Shown here: positions 55,937 through 64,000 of the stretch, piece by piece
Layout of the letters: each line of letters begins with the position of its first letter
Numbering within the stretch: the stretch's first letter is position 1
IMG/VR virus record: IMGVR_UViG_3300043423_000073
Span: 90,700 to 154,699 of that record
Direction: 5' to 3' (one strand)
From: a virus
Lineage: Duplodnaviria; Caudoviricetes
DNA: 64,000 nucleotides
The notes under the pieces: generated by a model
What the model saw: only the letters and a program-made list of their open reading frames with translations
What the model was told of the DNA's origin: nothing
Database searches by the model: none
Position numbers and translations under genes: made by a program

Positions 55937-56338
55937 ATGATTAAGAACTACCAAGTGAATGTGGGTAATGCCTTGTGGGTTGACGTGAACACGAGATTTA
56001 CGCAGGATCACCTGCCTGACCGAGTGGTGGATGACGCTGCTATCTGGCACTCGTCCCTCTACAACTTGCTCAATTGCATGCCTGGGCAGAGAGCGCGGAT
56101 ATTCCAGCCGGAGTACGGTTCGAGTTACCGTATGTTTCTGCAGGAGCCGATAAATGATGTGACTGCTGCCAAGATGCAAATGCTGCTCTTCGCGAACATT
56201 GCTAAGTGGGAGCCGAGGGTCAACCTCAGAGCCTCATCTCGCATAGAGGCAGACACTAATCTTCCTGGTTACAAAGCACGCCTAGACCTTGAGGTTTACG
56301 GCAACCCGCTCAACGTTAGATTCGAGATATTCGTATGA
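55937..56338 (+). CDS. Baseplate wedge gp25-like protein
   Basis: SLYNLL…PGQR…PEYGS…LQEP…WEPRV. Confidence 0.85.
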   Translation: MIKNYQVNVGNALWVDVNTRFTQDHLPDRVVDDAAIWHSSLYNLLNCMPGQRARIFQPEYGSSYRMFLQEPINDVTAAKMQMLLFANIAKWEPRVNLRASSRIEADTNLPGYKARLDLEVYGNPLNVRFEIFV

Positions 56339-58356
56339 CCATTCGTTTTGTAAACACCTCATTGCCTGCCGCTAAGCTTGCTGCTCCGTACAGCCACGTC
56401 ATTGAGGTGGTTGATGGAACTGCTCCCTACACCTTTGCCGTGGTCAGCGGTAGCCTGCCTGACGGATTGACTTTAAACGGGAACGGTGAGGTGTTCGGTA
56501 CACCTAGCGCCGTCTACCTAGCAAGCTTTGTGGTTCGCGCAACTGACGCAACAGGTGACTTTACCGAAGAAGCTTTAAGACTGACGGTGATGAGCTATGT
56601 TGAGCTGTCGAATTTAACATTGGATCAGTCGCAGTTTGTGACCCAGTTCCAAGACTATTTGTCAAAGACTAAATCCTGGTCTTACGGGTTAACAACCACA
56701 ACGTCGCAAACCTTGATTGAGCTGGTTAGCGCGGTCGGCACACTCACAATGGCCAAGCTGGTGCGTGTGAGGGAAGACGCCTTCCCTGAGACCGCACAGT
56801 CAGACAGCGCAATTCTGGCTACCGCGCAGATGCAAGGGGTTAGACTAAGCCGTAAGCTCCCTGCTTCTGCCTCCGTGTTAATTTTATCAGAAGTTAGCCA
56901 GTCGCTCGCGCCCTTCACGCAGTTCGCCGGTGGTGGTTTGCCTTGGTTTAACTCTGAGGAAGTTGTTCTGGTGGCTGGCGCTCCTAAGACGGTTATTCTC
57001 AAGCAAGGCGAGGTCAAGTCGGTTAGTCTGCAAGGCTTAGGGTCAGACCTCCAAGCGTGGGTGTCGCCGGAAGACGCGTTCGTCGTGTCGGACCAGGACG
57101 TGGAGGTTGCGATCAACAACGCAACCATATTCAAGTCCTTTGGCGGGTTGTGGAATTTTGAAGGCAGCAAGGCCTTTGCGGACGCAACGATGGCAGACGG
57201 TCGATTGCTGTTGCAGTTTGGCTCACGTACTTACGGCGCAGTTCCTGGTACCAACGACCAGGTGCTGATACGGTACGCGGTTACGCGAGGTTCAGACGTA
57301 AACGGGCTCGCTCTTGTAGGCACTAACCTGACGACTTCGGCGGCAGGTGTAGCCTCCGCCGTCTTCACCTCTGTACCTTCGGGAGGGGCGAACGAGAGAA
57401 GTCCTGTTGCCTACAAGAACTTTGCCTCAGGCACGTTTGGTACATTTGGTTCGGGCATTACCAAGTCGCAGTACCGAGTGGTCGTGTCCAACTACCCAGG
57501 CGTGATCGACGCGGTCACGCAGGCCCAGCGCGAGATTAATCCGACAGCGCTTCATTGGATGAATGTGATTCGCATATCGGCCCTGACCTCCTCGCCGTGG
57601 TCGCAAGCGCAGGTTAAAGAGTACATTGACTATGTGGAAAGCCAGACAATGTATTCGACGCGGTTTGTTTGGCAGGCGCCTGTGCCAATCCCGCGTGACG
57701 TAAAAGTGAATGTGTACTGCCTGAACAGCGTGAGTAGCACTCAGGCGGTTACGACTGCAGTCACTGCAGCGATAAGAAAGTTGTTTGCGCCACGTCAAGG
57801 TCTGCTGCTCCTAAACATTTATGAGTCGGACATCATTGAGACTGCGTTAGCCGCAGCGCCAGGACAGATAAGTTACGTTGAGGTTTTGGCACCGAGCCAT
57901 GCAATGGTTGTGACAGCGCCGACGAGCCCTCAACTGACCTTTGCTATCTTGCCGACGCAAGGGTCATTACAGCCGGCGGTTTATGCATACTCAGTGTCGG
58001 TCGATACGCCATCACCGACGGGAGTGGGCACGGATGTGGGTGCCCCCGCGAATTGGGTGTTTCCGCAGGTAACGGAGAATAGCGCCATTCAGTTGTCCTG
58101 GGAAAACGCGCAGGTGCCTAACGCCTCACAGTATCATGTGTGGGGACGGCTGGCTGGGCAGATCGGAAAAATTGCGTCGTTTCCACCTGACGTAACAGTG
58201 TTCGAAGATGACGGGTCAATAGTCATAACGCCAGAAAGCTTTACCGGTGCCGCGGACGTCATGATACGATACAACACGCTGAACAGCCTGGAGGTTTCAA
58301 CGTTCTACGCGGCTCGACAAGCGCGGGGCGCGTTCCCAGTTAGAGAGGCCTTCTGA
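56335..58356 (+). CDS. Baseplate wedge gp6/J-like protein with N-terminal Ig-like domain
   Basis: N-terminal GTAPYTFAVVSGSLPDGLTL…GTP; FPETAQ, LLQFG…GAVP…IRY…G, GGANE. Confidence 0.8.
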   Translation: MTIRFVNTSLPAAKLAAPYSHVIEVVDGTAPYTFAVVSGSLPDGLTLNGNGEVFGTPSAVYLASFVVRATDATGDFTEEALRLTVMSYVELSNLTLDQSQFVTQFQDYLSKTKSWSYGLTTTTSQTLIELVSAVGTLTMAKLVRVREDAFPETAQSDSAILATAQMQGVRLSRKLPASASVLILSEVSQSLAPFTQFAGGGLPWFNSEEVVLVAGAPKTVILKQGEVKSVSLQGLGSDLQAWVSPEDAFVVSDQDVEVAINNATIFKSFGGLWNFEGSKAFADATMADGRLLLQFGSRTYGAVPGTNDQVLIRYAVTRGSDVNGLALVGTNLTTSAAGVASAVFTSVPSGGANERSPVAYKNFASGTFGTFGSGITKSQYRVVVSNYPGVIDAVTQAQREINPTALHWMNVIRISALTSSPWSQAQVKEYIDYVESQTMYSTRFVWQAPVPIPRDVKVNVYCLNSVSSTQAVTTAVTAAIRKLFAPRQGLLLLNIYESDIIETALAAAPGQISYVEVLAPSHAMVVTAPTSPQLTFAILPTQGSLQPAVYAYSVSVDTPSPTGVGTDVGAPANWVFPQVTENSAIQLSWENAQVPNASQYHVWGRLAGQIGKIASFPPDVTVFEDDGSIVITPESFTGAADVMIRYNTLNSLEVSTFYAARQARGAFPVREAF

Positions 58357-59153
58357 TGGAATACAGTGTTACCTTGCCCTACGACGACCCAGTAAAGAAT
58401 GCAAGGTTTGGGCACCGTTTGTCCCGAAGCATACTGCTTCCGCCCTACCTAAACACCAATCCGTATTTTGTTGAGTACGCGGACAGCATAGACTACGTAT
58501 TCAATGACATTGAGGAGCAGATCGAGGCACTAAAGAACATTCGAGCGTCCTGGGTCACCACGCCCCACACAGAGGAAAAGATTGAGACCGGTGAGATGCT
58601 GTCCTTTATTGACTGGGGCGGACCGGATAGGGCGACGGTTGTTAAGCAAACCAACTTGCTTGGCATTCGTATCTCTAACGCAGGCTTGGTCGACGACCTA
58701 GGCTACCGTGCGCTAGCAAAGAATGTGGGCACGTATTGGTTTGAGAAAGGCAAGTCAACTAGCATCAACTTTTTGAACTATTGCCTTGGAACTGACTTTC
58801 GGATCGACCGCCTTTGGACAAAAGACTATGTGGAGTTTGTCTCCGAGTCGCAGATCGACGCAGGTAGGATATACGATGATCCGCCTGGTCCTTGGTACCC
58901 GACTACGCATGTTCAGCTAACAGTTGCTGGGGCTAGCGGCGACGAGTTGCTAAGCTTTGGTGCTTTCTTTTATGAGGTAGCAAACTACAATTTGGTTTTG
59001 CATACCTTAGCAAGCACGCAGGAGGGGGTCATAACGTCAACTGAGTCGACCCAGGCCGACATAGTGCAGGCAGCAGTTAGTCACAATACTAATTACTACG
59101 GCATTGCGGCAGATGGCACGCATGCGGCAGAGGACGATCTAGTTCTTTTCTGA
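58356..59153 (+). CDS. Baseplate wedge gp7/tail protein I-like
   Basis: LLPPYL, YWFEKGK…INFL; synteny after gp6. Confidence 0.6.
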   Translation: MEYSVTLPYDDPVKNARFGHRLSRSILLPPYLNTNPYFVEYADSIDYVFNDIEEQIEALKNIRASWVTTPHTEEKIETGEMLSFIDWGGPDRATVVKQTNLLGIRISNAGLVDDLGYRALAKNVGTYWFEKGKSTSINFLNYCLGTDFRIDRLWTKDYVEFVSESQIDAGRIYDDPPGPWYPTTHVQLTVAGASGDELLSFGAFFYEVANYNLVLHTLASTQEGVITSTESTQADIVQAAVSHNTNYYGIAADGTHAAEDDLVLF

Positions 59154-59174
59154 CTCGTCCCTACGAGGGACGAG
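59154..59174 (+). terminator. Stem-loop after the baseplate operon
   Basis: CTCGTCCCT-ACG-AGGGACGAG; no U tract. Confidence 0.4.
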
Positions 59175-59228
59175 CGCATCAGAGAGCTTAGTTCACACGA
59201 GATGCAGTAAATTGGTGAAGGAAGCAAA

Positions 59229-60113
59229 ATGGAATTAAAAAACTTTGTGATTAGAAACGCGGCTGGCGCAACGTTGCCTGGCGCAACAGTGTACCTTTAT
59301 GTTCGAGGTACCACAACAACGGTACCTGTGTTTGACGCTTTCGGTAGCGCACTAACAAATCCTTTTACCGCAGACAGTGGTGGTAGAGTTGCCTTTGCCG
59401 CAGCGGAGGGCACTTATGACTTCCGAGCTGTCTCTGGCATTCTTGATAGCACGATAGTGATGCGTTTTCAGGATGAGAGTGATGTGGTCAAGCTAGCTGG
59501 TGATCAGACCGTTGCCGGGGTGAAGACGTTTAGCCGCAACCCGATTAGCTCTGCCACTCAGTCAACAGCTACTAACTCGCTTACACGCCGTGACTTTGTA
59601 ACCGGCTTAGACATTACCAACGTCAAGCTAACCGGCAACCAGACCATCGCGGGCGTGAAAACTTTTAGCTCTACGCCCATCGCCCCAACAGCCCCCGCCA
59701 ACGACAACGATACCAATCTGGCGACCACCGGCTGGGTCTGGATGAACATTCAGGCGCTGGTGGCCAGCTGTATTGCGGCCGTGGCGACAGCCGCTGGGTT
59801 TGCGGTTTTGCTCAATGCGAACGGGTATATCAAGCTGCCCTCGTGGCTGGGCGGGCTGATTATTCAGTGGTTCAGGAACACAACAGGCATCACTAATAGT
59901 GGTGGCGACTTTACGTTTACTGTGACCTTTCCAATTGCTTTCCCCGTCGCGGTTCTTGGGTCCTCTTTCATGCCGGTGAATGAAGCCGGCATATCTCCTG
60001 CCGGGATATCTGCGCAGGGCAACTCCGTCGCGCTATCGGGAATGCAAGTCACTATTCGAGGCGGCGCTCCCATCTCAAGCGTCGGGATTTCCGGAATCGT
60101 TTTTGGCCACTAA
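59229..60113 (+). CDS. Tail fibre protein
   Basis: Two VKLxGxQTxAGVKTFS repeats, APTAP…LATT, NGYIKLP…GLIIQW…FPIAFP tip. Confidence 0.85.
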   Translation: MELKNFVIRNAAGATLPGATVYLYVRGTTTTVPVFDAFGSALTNPFTADSGGRVAFAAAEGTYDFRAVSGILDSTIVMRFQDESDVVKLAGDQTVAGVKTFSRNPISSATQSTATNSLTRRDFVTGLDITNVKLTGNQTIAGVKTFSSTPIAPTAPANDNDTNLATTGWVWMNIQALVASCIAAVATAAGFAVLLNANGYIKLPSWLGGLIIQWFRNTTGITNSGGDFTFTVTFPIAFPVAVLGSSFMPVNEAGISPAGISAQGNSVALSGMQVTIRGGAPISSVGISGIVFGH

Positions 60114-60122
60114 GGAAAAACT

Positions 60123-60551
60123 ATGCACTACTCCCCATCCACCCGCGGCTTCTACCTCACGACCATCCACGGCGACAACATCCCCGCTGACGCCACCGAA
60201 ATCACCGACGCAGAGCACCAAGCTCTGCTAGCTGGCCAGTCGCAAGGCAAACGCATCACAGCCGACGCCAACGGCCGCCCTGTGCTGCAAGATCCACCAC
60301 CTGCACCACCTGCGCCCTCCCCTCAATTCACACCGCTAGACTTTCTCGACCTGTTCACAGAAACCGAGCAGTTGGCAGTTGTGAAAGCATCAATGACAAG
60401 CGCGCCTGTGAAGCTGTGGTACGACCGCACATTGGCGGCGTCATTCGTGACGCTGGCAGACCCGCGCACCGAGGCAGGGCTGAACGCCTTGGTTGACGCT
60501 GAGCTTTTGACCTCTGCGCGCAAAGCCGTGATTGTGGAGTCCCTGCGATGA
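60123..60551 (+). CDS. Tail fibre assembly chaperone
   Basis: YSPSTRGFY…IPADATEIT…LLAGQSQGKRI…GRPVL. Confidence 0.8.
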   Translation: MHYSPSTRGFYLTTIHGDNIPADATEITDAEHQALLAGQSQGKRITADANGRPVLQDPPPAPPAPSPQFTPLDFLDLFTETEQLAVVKASMTSAPVKLWYDRTLAASFVTLADPRTEAGLNALVDAELLTSARKAVIVESLR

Positions 60552-60706
60552 CCGGCTCTTGTCAACATTGATTGCCTAGCTTTGTCCGGCCCTTGGCTGA
60601 GATGACCTGGAGCCAATTGACGCACACTTCACACAGGCAGGACACTAAGACAGAGTACAAACCTTCCTAGAATCATAAACACAACCTAGCAAACAAGGAG
60701 TCTAAC

Positions 60707-61084
60707 ATGAACGCCCTATACATCGAATCACTGATATTCGTTCTCACCGCGGCGGGCAAGGCTTTACTCCGCGGAGTCGCCATCACCTACCTACTTTGGA
60801 TTTTCTACCTCGCAGTCATGAATCTCAAGCAGGCGCAGGACAACGGCAAGCTTTCTATCCTCGCTTATGCCCTCGGAGTCCCTGTACTCAAAGTCGGCTT
60901 GATCCTAGACGTGATCGTGAACGTCTTGGTTATGACTGTGCTCCTACTTGAACTGCCTAAGGAGTGGTTGGTGACTACCCGCCTTAAGCGGCATAACCGA
61001 GCAGGAAAAGGCTGGCGCTACCATTTTGCGCAATGGTGTGAACAGTTCCTGGATCCTTTCGACCCGTCAGGGGATCATATTTAA
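60707..61084 (+). CDS. Membrane protein
   Basis: Two hydrophobic segments; LDPFDPSG ending; AAGGAG RBS. Confidence 0.7.
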   Translation: MNALYIESLIFVLTAAGKALLRGVAITYLLWIFYLAVMNLKQAQDNGKLSILAYALGVPVLKVGLILDVIVNVLVMTVLLLELPKEWLVTTRLKRHNRAGKGWRYHFAQWCEQFLDPFDPSGDHI

Positions 61085-61132
61085 GCGGCGCTGGACCAAC
61101 GACAAAACCTACCCTAAAGAAAGCACTAATCC

Positions 61133-61780
61133 ATGCTACCTCTAACCGTAGAGTACCTAATGCGATCCACTGGGGCTAACCGAAAGAACGCTGAGCTTTT
61201 CCTGCCCTTTCTTCAAGGCACGTGCAAGGCGTACGACATTACGACCCCTAAGCGAATAGCCGGCTTCCTCTCTCAGATAGGCCACGAGTCGGGTGGCATG
61301 GCTACGCTTCAAGAGAATCTCGACTACTCGGTCGAAGGTTTGCTGTCCGGGTTCGGCCGCCACCGTATCAGCGAGGCGGATGCTAAAAAGTATGGCCGTA
61401 CAACAACCCAGAAGGCCAATCAGGTTGAGATCGCAAACTGCATTTACGGCGGCGAGTGGGGGCGAAAGAATTTGGGTAACACTCTGCCAGGCGACGGCTG
61501 GAAGCACAGAGGAATGGGGCTGAAACAGTTGACTGGCAAGTTTAACCATCAAGCCTGCGGTAAAGCCTTAGGTGAAGACTTTGTTGCTTTCCCAGAACGA
61601 CTAACCCTGCCGGTTAACGCAGCTTTGTCAGCTGGATGGTTTTGGGCCACCAACGGGCTAAACGCAGTTGCCGAGCGCGGCGATGTTCCTGCCATGACAC
61701 GGTTAGTCAACGGCGGATCAAAAGGATTGAAAGAGCGCACCCAGCTCTACGCTTTAGCTTTGAACACAAATTGGAGTTAA
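61133..61780 (+). CDS. Endolysin, glycoside hydrolase family 19
   Basis: FLSQIGHESG…ENL…GDGWKHRGMGLKQLTG…SAGWFW…VNGG. Confidence 0.9.
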   Translation: MLPLTVEYLMRSTGANRKNAELFLPFLQGTCKAYDITTPKRIAGFLSQIGHESGGMATLQENLDYSVEGLLSGFGRHRISEADAKKYGRTTTQKANQVEIANCIYGGEWGRKNLGNTLPGDGWKHRGMGLKQLTGKFNHQACGKALGEDFVAFPERLTLPVNAALSAGWFWATNGLNAVAERGDVPAMTRLVNGGSKGLKERTQLYALALNTNWS

Positions 61781-61781
61781 T

Positions 61782-61985
61782 ATGGACAGATGGAAGAATA
61801 GACGCCGCATGGCCTGGCTCTCACTCTTGGCTGGCCTAGCCTATCCAGGCCTCCTGCTTTACACAAGTAGCGAGCAGTTAGGGGCAGTGGCCGCACCCTT
61901 CTATGTCTTTGTCAGCGCAGTGGTCGGCTCCTACATTGGATTTGCCACAGTCGACGATAAGTGGCAGAAAGGCAGCGAACAATGA
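61782..61985 (+). CDS. Holin (2 TM)
   Basis: NRRRMAW…two TM…YIGFATVDD; between endolysin and spanins. Confidence 0.75.
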   Translation: MDRWKNRRRMAWLSLLAGLAYPGLLLYTSSEQLGAVAAPFYVFVSAVVGSYIGFATVDDKWQKGSEQ

Positions 61986-62473
61986 TACCGGTGAAGCTTC
62001 TCTCCCTACTCAAGATGCTCAAGCCGCGAAACCTACTAAGGGCAGCGCTTGTTCTTTCCGTGGCAGGCTTTCTGGCTTGGTCACACGTTAAAGCTTACAA
62101 ATTCGGCGGGGATGCGGTACGCCTAGAAACGTCGAAGCAAGCGCTCAAACAAATTGAGCGCGCTCAAGATGAAACCCGAAGCATGCAGGAGAAACTCAAT
62201 GCAGCGCAAACCAACTACACACAGGCAAAAGATGAAATCCTTTCTAGCAGTCGCCGTATTGACGACCTTGTTAGCCGGTTGCGGTACCAAGCCCCAACTG
62301 CCGAGCAGCTCGTTATCTATTCCAGCCCCGCCCTCAGTGAGTATGCCGCCTCCCTCGAAAGAGATTTTGCAGAATGTAGAGGCGAGTATGCAGCGCTGGG
62401 AGTCGTCGCGGCAGACGCGTCGGCAGCAGCTCATGCGCTCAACGACGGCTGGCCAGAATTGACGGGTAAGTAA
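61982..62473 (+). CDS. i-spanin (Rz-like)
   Basis: N-terminal TM plus coiled coil. Confidence 0.8.
   Translation: MIPVKLLSLLKMLKPRNLLRAALVLSVAGFLAWSHVKAYKFGGDAVRLETSKQALKQIERAQDETRSMQEKLNAAQTNYTQAKDEILSSSRRIDDLVSRLRYQAPTAEQLVIYSSPALSEYAASLERDFAECRGEYAALGVVAADASAAAHALNDGWPELTGK
62232..62462 (+). CDS. o-spanin (Rz1-like lipoprotein) embedded in the i-spanin gene
   Basis: MKSFLAVAVLTTLLAGC lipobox, Pro-rich mature part, +1 frame. Confidence 0.85.
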   Translation: MKSFLAVAVLTTLLAGCGTKPQLPSSSLSIPAPPSVSMPPPSKEILQNVEASMQRWESSRQTRRQQLMRSTTAGQN

Positions 62474-62498
62474 CGGTTAGGTAACGGAAAGTAAAAAA

Positions 62499-63356
62499 AT
62501 GAGCACACCACTAAATTTCAAAATCACTAGCGCGGGTCTAGCCGCAGCTGCTAGTAAGCAGGCGCAAGGCCTAAAGCTGGCTATCACTGCTTTTCAGGTG
62601 AGCAGCGCCTACGGCGTAACTGTGACAGGTAACGAGACGGTCATGCCGGGCAACGTACTCTTAACCGCGCCTGTTAACCGCTACGATTTACTACCGGGCG
62701 GCGGCATCGTCATAAACTGCACGCTAAGCCCACAGTCCGGACCATTCGAGTTCGGCTCAATCGGTCTGTTCAGTGACACCGGCGTGATGGTTGCCTTAGC
62801 CTCCTTTGCCACGCCTCAGCAAAAGTACCCCTCACTAGGACAGGCTATTAGCTCGGTGGTTAGCTTTGACTGCATTTTGAAACTAGGTCAAGGCACGGCG
62901 ATATTCGACTTGTCCTATGCAAATCAGACAAGCACCGCAGCTTTTGGCCGATGGAAAGACGTTAAGCCAGAGTTGCAGATGACCGACCAGCGTATTCACA
63001 CATTCTTCGTTGAAGAACTGGATGACAAAAACGACTTGACCATGTTGGTCAAGCGGCCCGATGGTCTAACCTGGTCTGTGCAGAGCAGTATGTTTCTGCT
63101 GTCTGCCGCCGTTCCCTACACAGGTTTGGCAACGAGTAGCGTTTCTATTGAGGCCTCGGCGTGGGCGACAGCTCTCAAGAATTTACCAGCACAAGGTACG
63201 TTTGTGGTCGAGTTTCCAGGGTCAGTCTTTCGCAAGGTCTCCATTGTGGGCACCTCACCGGTTAGCCTAGTGTTCACAGACGAGTGGCCAGAGGCAGTGG
63301 ACGCGCCTGGCAACCTTCGCCTGTTCACTAACAGCTTCAAGTTAGCCGCCGCATAA
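62499..63356 (+). CDS. Tail collar / fibre-base protein
   Basis: ITSAGLAAA…GPFEFGSIGLF…VALA N-terminal domain. Confidence 0.7.
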   Translation: MSTPLNFKITSAGLAAAASKQAQGLKLAITAFQVSSAYGVTVTGNETVMPGNVLLTAPVNRYDLLPGGGIVINCTLSPQSGPFEFGSIGLFSDTGVMVALASFATPQQKYPSLGQAISSVVSFDCILKLGQGTAIFDLSYANQTSTAAFGRWKDVKPELQMTDQRIHTFFVEELDDKNDLTMLVKRPDGLTWSVQSSMFLLSAAVPYTGLATSSVSIEASAWATALKNLPAQGTFVVEFPGSVFRKVSIVGTSPVSLVFTDEWPEAVDAPGNLRLFTNSFKLAAA

Positions 63357-63377
63357 AAGCAAAATAAGGGATTTGAA

Positions 63378-63566
63378 ATGGCAGACATTGCAGACCTGAC
63401 CAATGAGCAGGGACTGGTTGAACTCGAAATGCGCCAGGCGTTGAGCAAGCCGCAGGTTGTGGTACCTAGAGGTAAGTGCCTCAACTGCGGCGAGGTGTTA
63501 ACCCCCACCGCGATTTACTGCGACGAATACTGTAAATACGATCACGAACGGAGAACAGCATGTTAA
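63378..63566 (+). CDS. DksA/TraR-like C4 zinc-finger protein
   Basis: MADIAD…CLNCGE…YCDEYC. Confidence 0.65.
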   Translation: MADIADLTNEQGLVELEMRQALSKPQVVVPRGKCLNCGEVLTPTAIYCDEYCKYDHERRTAC

Positions 63567-63946
63567 ACGTCATTGCGACAGGTGAGCAGTACGCGCATAG
63601 CCTGACTATCGAGACTTTAGTTTACGCTGGCATCAACGGCGTGCGCGTGTTGAAAAGTAAGTCGGTGGCAATGGAAGAAGGCACTAGCACTAGCTCGGTT
63701 GGCGGTATTCTCAAAGACGCACCTTACGAGGTCAACGTCCCCAATATGAAGATGCTTAGCCTTAGCTGCTCTGCGCCTCTTTCGGTCACATTGACTCGAA
63801 ACGATAACACCGTCATTGTTCTCAGTGTGCGCAAAGTCCTTACCTTAGACGACGGGAACTTCAAGAAGGTTGTTCTCGTCTTCAAACCCAGCGGGGAAAT
63901 TACCCAATGTCAGTACAGTATGAGCTGGATGCAGCAGGCGACTTAA
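63560..63946 (+). CDS. Hypothetical protein
   Basis: GGAG RBS, 128 aa. Confidence 0.65.
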   Translation: MLNVIATGEQYAHSLTIETLVYAGINGVRVLKSKSVAMEEGTSTSSVGGILKDAPYEVNVPNMKMLSLSCSAPLSVTLTRNDNTVIVLSVRKVLTLDDGNFKKVVLVFKPSGEITQCQYSMSWMQQAT

Positions 63947-64000
63947 CCTACGCCTCAATACGAGTTGAGCAACGCCTCTTGCTAAAACGACCTGATCTCC

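Noticed and set aside
60552-60706. Gene remnant or invertible-segment site after the fibre chaperone
   Set aside because: Only a 7-codon ORF; no inverted repeats or invertase seen.

Overview
This is a 64-kb segment of a tailed phage genome with a contractile tail. The host is Gram-negative, since the phage carries an embedded i-/o-spanin pair; a betaproteobacterial host is only an inference from accessory-gene families. Essentially all real genes lie on the + strand and are tightly packed, often with ATGA overlaps. Layout: (1) 0.2-2.3 kb, small genes preceded by a repeated leader; (2) 2.8-14 kb, a J-domain protein, basic and acidic low-complexity proteins, a two-subunit type IIA topoisomerase, an H1-like protein, an HNH protein and a sigma-like protein; (3) 14-27.7 kb, a mosaic accessory region with a DenV-like glycosylase, tRNA-Ile2(CAT), two broken ORFs and a Tat-signal protein; (4) 27.8-39.3 kb, replication and recombination genes (DnaX-like clamp loader, Nudix, zincin, SWIM, sigma-like factor, SSB with a long acid/base tail, RecA); (5) 39.7-45.5 kb, terminase, RuvC, MmcB-like nuclease and portal; (6) 46-64 kb, tail and baseplate genes, a tail lysin (SLT+M23), spike/PAAR, tail fibre and chaperone, and a GH19 endolysin-holin-spanin cassette. 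The standout is the RecA locus. RecA has a cis mini-intein and is also fractured into two genes by an atypically split intein (31-aa IntN, ~205-aa IntC with a decayed LAGLIDADG remnant). The gap holds a 636-aa gene fusing a Vsr/DUF559-like endonuclease to an amino-DNA-methyltransferase. All assignments come from motif recognition by eye; no database searches were run.
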